Shown one piece after another: positions 26,914-39,900 of a stretch of 64,000 nt of DNA. Under the pieces are notes generated by a model. It ran no database searches, was not told the DNA's origin, and saw only the letters and a program-made list of their open reading frames with translations. A program made the translations under genes and the position numbers. The stretch covers positions 32,302,001 to 32,366,000 of the forward strand of contig OZ249441.1 of the NCBI GenBank assembly GCA_965235115.1, given 5' to 3'. The stretch is from Laetmonice hystrix. Its lineage: Eukaryota. Every line of letters starts with the position of its first letter. Within the stretch, counting starts at the first letter, position 1.

Positions 26914-27800
26914 CAGACACTCACCCTCGTGATGCGTTTTGTCGGTGACTTAAGGAATAGACTGGATTCATAGTTCGCTTTAAGACCTGTTGCTACAGTG
27001 ACTTAAATTCAATTCGTGATTTATCCAATTCCCAGACCACACTAACACCTCGTACATTACAGAAGTGCAGCATTCTGTTTGTTTCGATGAAGACGATAAT
27101 AAATCGGCGGTGTCATTGTTGTCATGATTCACAGTCCTGACATCGTACCACTTCTCTCACATTGTTCGACCAACGAGGGCAGTCGGTGAGGTCAAATAAC
27201 ACGCAGCCAGCGATATAGGAATTTATTATTAAGAGTTTTTACCTTACATTCCATTTTCTTTATACCAGTCCAAGACACTGATTTATAAGGCAACAATGAC
27301 TCGAGTAACTGTAGTGGATCTACCGTCCCCAGTATCAGGGTATACATAGAATCAATATTCTGTGAGGTATCATGAGTTTCCTTCCTCTACTCTCGATACC
27401 ACTAGATAATGTAAGGCTACTTACTGCGTACCAATACTTCACTACTCTAGCTGGACTTTACATCTATCTTTACTTCTTTACTCTCGCACTAATGGAGATG
27501 TTTTTAAGAGATTTAATGGACGTCGTGCACTCAATGACCAGGCAAATTTATCTATCTAACCGTACCTCTCTGGGTAAGAGTATACGCTGCCTGGACGGGG
27601 TAGACTTATTAGATGAGAGAAACACCACCATGCATCTAAAGAGCTCAGACGAGGTCTGCCATGTAGTTTCTTCTGCCAGGGTGGGGTTGTTTTCTATTTT
27701 AGATAGTGGACTGGAGGAATACGGGGTTGTCCTTAAGTTACTTAAAGTCCGTCACGATTATGTCTTATTTGAATGACTCCAAAATCAAGACCAGGGCTGA

Positions 27801-28051
27801 TAGGTTAGATGAGGCCTTACATAAATCAATAAATGTTATGCCCACAGAAATGGAGAAATCTAAATGAAATTCAACATTCCAGTTGCCTGTTGTCGCTATG
27901 ACACGATCGGCCTATGGCTGGTTGTTGACAAAATCGTTGACCTGGAATTGACTTGAACAGCCAATGAAATGTTGAATTCATTAGATACCTCCATTTCTGT
28001 GGGTATACATAAATTTATTGATTTATTTAGTCTAAGGCCTTATCTAAGCTA
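27801..28051. mobile_element. Foldback MITE with ~85-bp imperfect inverted arms (aggcctta...taaggcct, Harbinger-like)
   Basis: The left arm taggttagatgaggccttacataaatcaataaatgttatgcccacagaaatggag...ttcaacatt pairs with the right arm aatgttgaa...ctccatttctgtggg...tttattgattta...taaggccttatctaagcta. Confidence 0.8.
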
Positions 28052-31000
28052 ACAGTCCATGTCTCTATTTTGGAGTCATTGAAATAAGAGATAATCGTGA
28101 TGGGCTTTCACGTCAGCCACAGTCTGTGGTGGGAGAACAGGGTCGGTCTATCAGGAAACTGATGGCTAACCTTTGTTATCCCTGCCATCATCCCTCAATA
28201 CCTTGGTCACATTGATCCACACCAAGCCAAGGCCGCAGATGAATGCGGACACATCATGATAATCGCCCCCCCCCCAGCTCATACCACAGCTGACCTCAAC
28301 ACTGACTCCCACCACAATCGTAAGTGTTATTTGAATCAATTCATTCTGTATATTGACACTTTCTCCACACACTTCGGACAACGAATCTTTACAGAATTAT
28401 TTATTAACAGACGATTGGTGCTGACAGAAATCCTTGACTATAATGACAAACGAGACGCTGTGTGTCCAATAATATGTTTTCTGATGATTAGGCCAGTTTT
28501 TATTTATCCACACAAGAAAGTGCTGAGTGTTGAATTTCCATACAATTCTACATTCTTTAAGTTCTTTACTTATGTTTTCATGTTTGTTCGAGGAGCTTAA
28601 AATTCCACTTTGGAGTCCAAAGCAAATGCCATTAATACATCTCCTACCTGCAGACATTACCTGATCAAATGACGTCCATTTAGGACGCACGCTCCCATCT
28701 ATTTTCTGTATGGATCTTTTCAAATATCACTCATTTGCGAGGCAATTCACATCACCTCATGCATTCGCAACAGTGCCAGAACCTCACAGAGGTAAGGTAA
28801 CAGATAAATGTATCTTGATGGTTCTCGGCTGGCAATCACAGAAATATTTTTACTGCATATGGAGAAATTCCAATAATAACACCCAAGTAACGTGCCAAGA
28901 ACGACTGAAACATACTTAGGATATGTTGCATTACCCCGCACAGGCACAGTGGAAATATGTAACGTAATGTGTGATAAATATGACATCTTGGAGCCATGGT
29001 TTAAAAGCGGTAAAATTACCCATAAGCCCACATATGTCGGGATGAGCGCGTGAGGCTCTATGTCAGTAGCTGAGGCACTATGACATTACTTCTGTCTGGA
29101 CAAACAGGGGAGGCACCTTGATTTAATGCTCCGACATCTGTGTCTTTTATCCTCACAACATTGGCAGTTCACGGAAAGACGGCAAGCTAAACTGAGCTGT
29201 GGATTACACTCATAAAATCCACAAAACTGTCTGATGCTGCTGGTGCCTAACAGAGCTCAGGGTCTTTCTTACAAATTACAATTTTAACCACTCTTTCCGG
29301 GCTTTTAGTGAAGTTCCCTTGACTTGGGAACGGCTATAAAAGGAATCTCATTTCCGCAGCTGTCTTTGGGCGAGTTCGAGCCACGTTCTTGCTTAGAAGG
29401 CTGTCATTCTTGGAATAAAAGGGGAAACATGTACCCTTATGATAATTTTTAAAGTGGCCGCGTAGAGAACAACGCTTGTTTGCTTTCCTTTTAAGTCTGA
29501 TGTGGATATTTGACCACCTGTACATGAGGCCAGCGGAGTCCCTGACCACTTGGTCCATTCTAGCGCTGTCGCAGTCACTCGGGGGTAATATACCTGCCCA
29601 CGGATCTCGGCCTTACACCTCCCTATACCCCGGGTAAATCCCCATTTCAATCCTATAAATTATTAAAGTCATCAAACAGCCGTCAATTTCAATTTTCCGA
29701 GCTTGCTGTAAATGTCATACAGTGACCACAGATTGACAACCACTGACCAGAGTGACCACTGACCATTCAGACGGCAAGGTGAGGCCCGTAATCCCGCCCT
29801 TCCCTCTCCTCATCCAGGCTCCTGTACACATGTTATTGACAGTGCTGGTTTAGGCGCCGCTACCAACCTACCTTCCGACAACCTCAGGCGTTCCCGACAA
29901 CAAAACCACTCATTAACAATCCTTGGGTTCTCTTTAATTACAACTACAGACTATGGACAGCTGGCTCGCGCACATCAAACCTACATGAATCAATCCCATT
30001 AAAAGTAATCAAACTGCGGTATCATGGACAAGGATTTAATATTCGTAAACGTTTGTGTCCGCTTGTGCATGACCACAACTGTTTCCAAGCGGTGCAGTTT
30101 GCTCCTTTAACTAACATCGATCTATACAGGCCAAGCTAGGCAAACTCAGCCCTCTAATGGACGTTATGCACACGGCTGTGTCTGTAGTTGATATATGTAT
30201 CTGATACTGTGCCTGATTCACATGACCCTCCTAAATCTATACATGTCTGGTTATTGAAGGACAATCAGGCTTTCCACAGTGAATCTGTGTGGAGTATTTT
30301 CACATCAGTAAACACGACATTTGTCAGTGTGTGGTGGCGTTCCGGGGATTTGGTTGTTCCTAGGTATTACAACAGACGATCTTGTTCGAGGTTTCCCTGA
30401 TCCCCCGGCCTCCCTCCACGCATCTCGGTTCGCGCAATGACGCAGGTGGTCTCTATAGATCCATCTGCTATCCATCGGAATTCTATCCATCGTTTTATGG
30501 AGACCCGTTTTAATTTCACAGTTCGCCTCCTTCTCCCTATGGATAACCACCATTTAGCAATCCACATGTTTTGTCAACATTTGCACTGAGAGTCAACAAC
30601 AATTCCTTTTTTACTGTCGCCTGCAGCAATGTTTTTCCGAAGATCAGTATGGACGATTCATCTATGGCACGCACGTAGTGTCACTAAATAGAAACTAGCC
30701 CCCACGCCATACTAATATCACTCTGAGTGCAGCCGGCTGTTGATTGTGACCTTTTTAATTAACCACTGACCTCCACAGGTAAGGCTTCATTACCTGCATG
30801 AATGGTACCGACAACCGTTTAACTGTCTCAACAACGAATTCCACTTGAAGGATGGGAGCGTTCCTTTCACAAAACTATGAGCGATTCTTGGGGTCCCTTC
30901 ACGCATCCCGTTACCTTAAACCTAAATCTTTAGATTGATTACCAGATTCCTATCTACATGAAACTACTTAACCCAATGAAAGCGTTCAATACGATGACGC

Positions 31001-32113
31001 TCGGACAGCGCAGATGAAGGCGAACCCAGGGAAAGGTCCGAGTGATTGGTCAAACTGTTCAATTACTTGGCTATAATTGAAAGCCATACCTGATACCAGC
31101 ATCGAAACCCGATCATCCGAGAGGGTGTTTAGAAACAGGTCATTCGGAAAAATCAATTCGACTTTTTTCCTCTCGACTACGTCCCCTGATATTTTGACCA
31201 CAATTTGACGGTCCACTCATCTTACAGTGAACGAGATATATAGGCTACATGAAATTAAAGAGCTTTTCTCCTCCTTGAATATCGCAACACATACGTACAG
31301 TTCTCATGGCAACACTGCAATGTTGACTGCAATTACAGTCAAGTACAAATGGATTTGGTATGAAAACTACCTGATCCAAAGTTGAAAACAAACCATTTCA
31401 GAGACTGTAAAACAACGCACTCTTGGCAAATTTCCATTCCCCCCCTTTCAATCAAAAGTGTCCCATAACGGCCAGCTGTTTCAAGTGTCGTGTAATTAAA
31501 GGCCTGAAGCTTGGCTAAAACTGTCCAGTTAGTGTGTACCATGTGGATGGTGTCGTCTTCTGTTGTCATCTCGTGTAGACACGACCCACGTCCCAATACA
31601 AAACGGGCCATCTGTATCGTGACTTAACTCCCTAAGTTTTCTTGTTGTTTTGTTGTCTTAGAACAAGCAGAAATTATGTGTAATATACTGAAGACGCATG
31701 GCAGTGATATCCTGTTCATGCACTCAATATACAAAACAATCCTGATTTCTAATCTTCCAATTTAACTGATATTGTTCGTTATTTCTCTGTACTCCTTTAA
31801 CGTATACCATCTCGACGGTTGCCACGACCGAGCATGACATGTACAGGCGTGAGACACGAGACAGTCAGCAGGAGCACAGATGGAACCTGCGTGTCTGTGT
31901 GACAGCTGTAACCTGACATCTGTCATCTGGGACCGCCACCTGAGTCCTCCTGCACCGCTTCCACCACCAGCCTCGAGGTATACATGACTCACATGTTTTA
32001 ATAAACAACAAATCCGTACTGAAAAAATAAAATCGAGCTTGTAACACTAGAAGGGCCTTTATACGGCTGGTTGGAAGGGCACGTAAGGTTATATAGCTTG
32101 TGGTGGGTCTTAC

Positions 32114-32160
32114 CTGCGGGCCCTGAGGGCTTCCATAACCACCCTGTGGAAGGCCGCCAT
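32114..32160 (-). CDS. IRAG2: Alternative first coding exon of the IRAG/LRMP-family gene (MAAFHRVVMEALRAR+AG)
   Basis: AGGATGG Kozak, 15 codons plus 2 nt, and donor CAG|GTAAGA. Phase 2 matches the microexon acceptor. It lies at the edge of a roughly 1.2-kb GC/CpG-rich island (about 32100-33300). Confidence 0.6.
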
Positions 32161-34540
32161 CCTGAACACAGGCCGTGTGGCAGGACGATTGTTGGGCGGG
32201 TGTCAGTGGTCAGTGGTGGCGATGGGACAGCTAGATCACTCCTTGACCGGTACCTGGACGACAGTGACCGCGCCTGGACGAGTCGTCCGGCTACCTGCCT
32301 ACAGCTGATGGCCACTACACCTGGCTGCTGTCATGATCTCTGCCGATACCTCCACACGCATTCACAGCAGACAGCCACACCGCGCTGCTCTTCCTCTCAC
32401 TGCCAACTCCTCAATACCACCGCTTCAGCACGGCGGCCCATTACGATCTCCAGCCCTCTACTTGTAATCGTGGTTTGTCATCGTTGATGGTAAGAAAAAC
32501 TTGAACCTGTATGGCTGCAGTAAGTAAAGCAGCGCGTTATTTATCGTTCACAGTCTGCCCTCCACTGCACGGGTTCCAGGAAGGACATGTCAGCCGCTCC
32601 AAGATGCTGCTGATGGATGAAGTTGTTCGTGTTTCCTGCTTGCTCCTGACGCTGCCCTCCTCCTCCCGCTCACCGCCTCCCGCCGCCAGCCGCAGTTCAA
32701 GCCTCCTCCCCGCACACACATGTAGTCAGTGTACACATCTCAGTATGTTACCAGATCCTGTACCTGTCAACGGTAGACCTTGCCCGCCGGGGATGTCATC
32801 CGTGAACCAGGTGATGTGGTCATGTCCGCTGGGTCTCCACGGGCCGGACTACTCACTAGGTTAACTAGACCAGCCGCAGGTCACGGTCCACTGTCACGGT
32901 CAAGTATCACGTCATCTACAGTCACTAACGATCCTGATCATTCACTACCACTAGCATGCCACCTCAGGCCTTTCCTGGCCGCGTTTCTCACAATGTGCAA
33001 GACAATACGCTACTCCGTGCCCCTGTACTCGCGCTGTTTGGATGGTGTGTAGGCAACCCACCCATCCGCCCCCTCACATAGATACACGGTACGCGAGGCA
33101 GTGCAGCTATCCTACACGAGGCCTCCACCAGGCCTCATTGGTACACCAGCCCTAGCAGCCGACCACCTGATCGATATACATCGGGAAGACCAGGGAGTAC
33201 GGCCGTCAGCCCCCCCCCCCCCTCCAACCACCCCCGACCGAATGTACCCCTGATCGTAAAGACAATGTGTACGCTACTTCAGGGAGATCACCCAGTACCC
33301 CCTCCCCCACTTGATATCGTGTGGAACTGTTCACGTTTACAGGTAGGCGTATACAGCTCTGAGGGGGCCGGTCCCTATATGCCCCGCCCTCGCTCTTGAC
33401 ATCCCAGTCATGGCTCAGCCTCACGAATGTGACGTTCTGGTTCCAGAGCTAAACATTTAATACATAAGTATCAGGCACTGATGCGAGTAAGGCGCCAAAT
33501 TGGCATATCTCGTACTACCTATACGACATCGAACCTGGTAGACGCATTGGCTGCATCCCAGACTGCTCCCCTATCTGATCTATACTGACGTATATATACA
33601 GAGGCAAGGTTTATATGGAATGATTCAAATCAGGCAAAGGACGGCGGTATCACAGTCCTAATCTTTAATGTTTTATGTATGAAATATCTTTCAATATGTA
33701 TACGTATCCTATATCGACTACACAGACATCAATCGTATCAGAGCCGATTACCTCAATCTTCCGGGAAATTAAAAATACCACTCAGGTATTTGAAGTTCTC
33801 AGAAATTTGATCCGTGTTGGCAATTCGGATAAAACCTCAAAGCTGCTTTACCTTCGGATTACTGTGGACGACAAATAAAGGCTGGTGTGATTATCCCAAT
33901 ATCCTATTATTGGAGGTCGCCTGGGCGCAGATGTCAGCCGCTGTACTGTGACATCTGTAGTTAGACTCAGGTGGTGGTTAACATACCCTTCTTCTATCTG
34001 CTTCTACCAACCTTCGGCACCCTTTATTGATGCTTTCTTCATCACGCACACTAAACCGCCCACAATTACTGCAATCATACTGACTGCACACCTCATTGAG
34101 TTATGTGAGTGTTAGGGAGAAACCACAACCTTAAATTGGAGTGGGTCGTGGTGGAGGGGTTGAGGAAGTGCCACAGTAGATGGTTGGGTTCTGAATGCAT
34201 TGCCCATCTTGAGTGGAGATGAGAGCGTTTCACCTTTGGTCTTTGGGTTGTGGGGAGATTGCCACTAGTCTGCATGCAATCCCACAAGAATGACGTTGAA
34301 TCTCGCTATACCTTTACAATCCAATGATGAAAGTTAAATTTCATGATACTGAATATTAAAAGTGGACAAACTATCAACCGTGGAGACGTATCTAAATAAG
34401 GTATTTTTCATCGCCGAATTGTTGGCTGCTTGCCAATTATTTCTCCTCGGAGAAATCAATAACTGGCATACCAATGACATACTGCTACTTTTATCACCAT
34501 CATATCATGAGAAAGACACATCAAGGTCTGTGTTCTAACG

Positions 34541-34650
34541 CAATATCCCCTGCCAATATCTCCTTCAGCAATATCCCTTGCCAATATCTCCTTCAGCAAT
34601 ATCCCTTGCCAATATCCCCTTCAGCAATGTCCTCAAGTCAATATCCCCTT
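34541..34650. repeat. Short minisatellite, ~14/28 bp unit (caatatcccttgc / caatatctccttcag)
   Basis: aatatc recurs about every 14 bp. Confidence 0.8.
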
Positions 34651-34723
34651 CACATAGAATCCCACAGACATCAAAAACTGACGCACAGACCTGTGCATTA
34701 TTACTCCCTTAAAATTTCTTATC

Positions 34724-35248
34724 AACCTCAAACTCAAGAGAACGAGATATCTAATACATGTCCTGAATAGTGAATATAACTTACAACAAAGTCAACCTCA
34801 AGAGAACGGGATATCTAATACATGTACTGAATAGTGAATATAACTTACAACAAAGTCAACCTCAAGAGAACGGGATATCTAATACATGTACTGAATAGTG
34901 AATATAACTTACAACAAAGTCAACCTCAAGAGAACGGGATATCTAATACATGTACTGAATAGTGAATATAACTTACAACAAAGTCAACCTCAAGAGAACG
35001 GGATATCTAATACATGTACTGAATAGTGAATATAACTTACAACAAAGTCAACCTCAAGAGAACGGGATATCTAATACATGTCCTGAATAGTGAATATAAC
35101 TTACAACAAAGTCAACCTCAAGAGAACGGGATATCTAATACATGTACTGAATAGTGAATATAACTTACAACAAAGTCAACCTCAAGAGAACGGGATATCT
35201 AATACATGTACTGAATAGTGAATATGACTTAGGACAAAATCAACCTAA
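34724..35248. repeat. Minisatellite, 64 bp unit, about 8 copies
   Basis: caacctcaagagaacgggatatctaatacatgtactgaatagtgaatataacttacaacaaagt repeated. Confidence 0.95.
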
Positions 35249-38200
35249 GGCATAAGGCCCATTTATACAAGTTTGAATAAACCGTTTTCTTAAAGGAAAC
35301 TGTCAGTACAACATGCTTCCTACGATCTGTTGTGGAGGGGATTGTTCCTAACATTTAGGCGGTGCAGGTAGACGAGTACCGGATACCGAAGACGTCCAAC
35401 CCTGACATTAGGGAGCCAGACCTTCCTCCCGTCCAAGTACTCCTTTCCTGACCGTCATTATTTATGGATGTGAACACTGCGTGTTCAAACCTCGTGTGAC
35501 GTACGTCCTGAACAGCTGACATTCTCTGTCTGAACATGGTGTTTTACAGTACCACCAACCCCGCCACCAGAGCACCCGACCAACACCGAGGGCTTAGAAA
35601 AGCCACCACCTCCTGGGAGCTGAAGCAATTTGTCTTCCCTTTCAAATCACACAGCTTCTGTTCAACTTGTCACGTGACCTTCTCAGACTTCACAATCGTG
35701 ACTTTTTTGCACCAGAATGTTGACGTACTGATGTCGATACTAAAATTGTATTGATTATTTCCATCTCAGAGCTTCAGACTAGCAGAAATCACAATAAGGT
35801 GTTGGAAAACTCGCTCAGTATTCGTTCCGTGCTGAGGGATACTAGCATTTAAAATGGGACTGAAAACTGATAACTGCACAAAAAGTCATGCAGGGCTTGC
35901 CCATGTGGATGTCGTGTATATTTATAAAGAATCTAGGTAATGTATTTGCAAAGGACCATTTATTATTTCAACATAATATTTTCAAAACCTGACGGCCGTT
36001 TTATAAATGATACCAAATTGACATTTTCTTGTCCGGAGACGATTTTTTTTTTCATTACTAGAACGTCCCCTAACGACGAAACTTAATCATAACAGAACGT
36101 ATACAATCGATAAAGTGCCCTTTGTTGGACATGCTGGGTTATTGTCAATAGTAATATGGTTACGACTGACTACAGTCCCATTCTGACTACTGGCAGTCAT
36201 GATAAACCGTCTAGTGAAACTCAATCAAATCAGCACGACGATTGCATGACACATGCCATTAGTGTTGCAACCAGGTATAGCACATGCAAAATCCTCTATT
36301 TTTTGTTTTCGCCCTTTATAGTTCCCTCTGCCTATACTACCCTCCGGTTACTATTGATCCGACTCAACCGAATTTGAAACTTTGTTGATCTTCTACAATT
36401 TCACAATTCTGGAAGGTGTATTATGATATTTTAAACAGTGCCAGATCATGCAAGATCAGCCTGAATATCAGGATGATCTTTTTCTGTAAGCCCAGTCTGA
36501 AAAATGTTGAGGTCCCAGCTGTAAAACCTTTGACAGATGACAATGGACAAAGAAATCAGACATTCTGCCGCTGGCATTTCACTAACCATCACAAATCAGG
36601 GCGATTGCCCCCCTTCACCATTTTCTTATAGGATAGAAAAACACTCTCTTCCTTACTGCTGACAGCGCTGATGTAACCTGGTCGAGGGATGTCTATCCTG
36701 GAGCGGGGCCAAGCAATTTCTTATGAACCGATCAAATTTCGGAATCTTTTAATTGGAGATCGGTTAAGAACCCATAGCCTTGCTGAATTCTTTGTTTCTG
36801 GTCTTCACCAACAATCTTACACGAATGCCGTTCTGTTATATGCTGATCAACCGTGTTTTGGCAACGTTAAATTTCCAATATCGATGTCGTGAAATCGATG
36901 TTATCCGCCATAATGTCAGGGCCGCGAAGATTATAGGCTGGGTTATATTTAGTCCGGTACCAGTGTACTTTCGATCAAACTGACGCCCCGGTAAAATAAA
37001 AACGCCCAACTGACATACTTTATCAAAGTAGTACATGGAATAAAGTGTACACGCTCTATTAAATTCCCTCTTGCGCACCATCTTTTTTAATTCTCCGGAG
37101 AGTTCCAGACCTCCAATGTATGCCATTCTATGTATCAATCGCAACACTGACCTTTCTAAAAAGCATCCACGAAACTACTAAATATGAATTTATGGACACC
37201 TTAAAAAGTCACTTTCATATTTATGCGTCACTATGCGTCGAGACACGAATGAATAATCCTGCAAACCAAAGTGATACTGAACCTTCATTATTTTATTCCA
37301 GAAAAGAAAGTTTAAAAACCATTATTTTTTCTTTCCGTACATTAGACATGTACTTTGTGAGTTCCAACTTTGGCACATAATTAATTATACGGCCACTCAC
37401 AGTGGGAGAGAGTACTGTGTTAGTCGGATGTCAGGGACTAGTTTATGGATGTCAGAGCACGACCCCATGAACTGATAAAACAATAGGAGATCGTGCCAAC
37501 TGTTGTTGTAAGTAAACCATCTACAATGGCACTAACACGGGTCCACAGTGATTAGGAACTGGTACTACGACCAACAACCTCAGTGCTGTGATAACCTTAT
37601 AGTGTTCAGTAAGCAGCCAATGCTTCTATTTTTTCCTCGACAGTAAATGGATTCCTGTTACAGGTTTTACCGTAGGAAAGTAGGCAGCACTTTACGTGTT
37701 TCGTCGCCCCATGAACGAGGTCGACACGTTATGCACCACCCTTTGGTAGCAGTGTTTCAAGGTAAATTAACATAACGGAAACTCCTTTTTCAGCGGTGAC
37801 ATTCCCTTCCAAGACAATGTAAGATAAACAAAAAGCTTTTCGTGGTATAGAAATTTTATACCACATATAAATTCGGAAGTTCCAACTCAATACGGAAGGT
37901 TTCTGACTTACTTTGAACTGAGGCTTGCCCAGAGAATATAAATACCTCACAGGCACAATAAACAACATCTTACAAGAAAAGTCCTTCTCCTGTGGCCTCC
38001 TCTCTCTTGAAATCAATTACTGAAATCAATCCCTGCTTCTTTGTCCCAAATCAAAGGTAGTTTACCAATCTCTATATATTTACCTCATACTTCGCCTGGC
38101 AGTGCTTCAACACAATTATACTTGATATGAAAACTTAATTTTTAGCCCTCTCCAACTCCAAATAATTTCCGAATGGGCATGAGACTGTGGGATTTCCAAT

Positions 38201-38440
38201 GACCATGATACAGATGACCAAAATCGAAAATAGAATTTTGACTCAATTGATGACCTAAAACTAGAACCTGGCTGTATAATATTCTACTTCCTTGTTGTTT
38301 TTTCGTGTCTTCTTTTATTTTGTTACCAGGAAGAGAATTTGTCCGGCTTCCTCAGATATGGACAAAGAATCGATAACATATCGTAAATCATGTAAACATA
38401 TAAAAAAAAAGTTGTCCCGTTTGCTACTTTTCGCTTGCCC

Positions 38441-39265
38441 TACTAGGTGCCTGGTCGTCTGACTGACAGAGGGATATCTCCACCCACTGCTAGGTGCCTG
38501 GTCGTCTGACTGACTGCGGCATAGCCCCACCCACTACTAGGTGGCTGGTCGTCTGACTGACAGAGAGATAGCCCCAACCACTACTAGGTGCCTGGATGTC
38601 TGAATGACTGAGGGATAGCCCCACCCACTACTAGGTCCCTGGTCGTAGAGGGATAGCCCCACCCACTACTATTATAGGTACCTGGTCGTCTGACTGACAG
38701 AGGGATAGCCCCACCCACTGCTAGGTGCCTGGTCGTCTGACTGACAGAGGGATAGCCCCACCCACTGCTAGGTGCCTGGTCGTCTGACTGGCAGGGGGAG
38801 TCCCCACGCACTGCTAGGTGCCTGGTCGTCTAACTGGCAGAGGGAGTCCCCACCCACTGCTAGGTGCCTGGTCGTCTGACTGACAGAGGGATAGCCCCGT
38901 CCACTGCTAGGTGCCTGGTCGTCTGACTGGCAGAGGGATAGCCCCACTCACTACTAGGTGCCTGGTCGTCTGACTGACAGAGGGATAGCCCCACTCACTA
39001 CTAGGTGCCTGGTCGTCTGACTGACAGAGGGATAGCCCCACTCACTACTAGGTGCCTGGTCGTCTGACTGACAGAGGGATAGCCCCACTCACTACTAGGT
39101 GCCTGGTCGTCTGACTGACAGAGGGATAGCCCCACTCACTACTAGGTGCCTGGTCGTCTGACTGGCAGAGGGAGTCCCCACGCACTGCTAGGTGCCTGGT
39201 CGTCTGACTGACTGATGGATAGCCCCACCCACTGCTAGGTGAATCCCTGTCTGGTCGTCTGACTC
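38441..39265. repeat. Minisatellite, 47 bp unit, about 17 copies
   Basis: taggtgcctggtcgtctgactgacagagggatagccccacccactgc repeated. Confidence 0.95.
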
Positions 39266-39734
39266 ACAGACAGACGAACCAACAGAGGACGGGCAGACGA
39301 GATGACGCCGACACGAGAAAACAAACAAAAAATATTTGATGAGAGATCAGTGGTGAGGCATGGACGTCGCCTTGATTATAACTAAATCACCATCATTAAT
39401 CAAACCGAGGCTGGCGGCGGCACACTGTCAGCCTTAATGATTAGCTGCATAATCAACAGATCATCCGTTATAAGATGAAGGATTTGCATAAAAAGAATAG
39501 TGAGCCTGGACAGGTCTCACCTGACTGCGTGAGATTTTTACACAACTAAAAAAGGAACTGGTTTTCAGAGCCATAATTGCATTCCTATTACAGCAATTCC
39601 CATCTCGTTCTTGGGGATTGAAATAGATGCACCAGTTGCCACGTCTAATTGGCCATGTATTCTCCAAACAAGGAAATGCACTAGACATGTTAGCTAAAAT
39701 ATCACTTTTGTAGACTATATCGATGATTTCAACC

Positions 39735-39900
39735 GAACGAAACGGACCTTGGAATATACCGAAACCGACCTCCAGACGGCAATGAAGTCCAGCTCAACCT
39801 GTCCACATACTGAAAAGCATGTTTCGGTTGGGGTTAGGCATTTATATGGTCGGTTTCGGTATATGCCAAGGTCGGTTTCGGTCGATATCTGTCGGTTTCG
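39735..39900 (+). mobile_element. Dispersed repeat, copy A (same family as 54928-55085, opposite orientation)
   Basis: About 130 bp align by eye at roughly 85% identity to the reverse complement of 54928-55066. Confidence 0.8.

Noticed and set aside
32071-32864. Plus-strand ORFs of 138 and 117 aa
   Set aside because: They are best explained as stop-poor antisense shadows of a GC-rich island, with no recognisable protein features.
36400-37150. Possible hAT transposase relic (AIALICDG**NASG)
   Set aside because: It is a single short motif with stops and no TIRs were found, so it is too weak to call.
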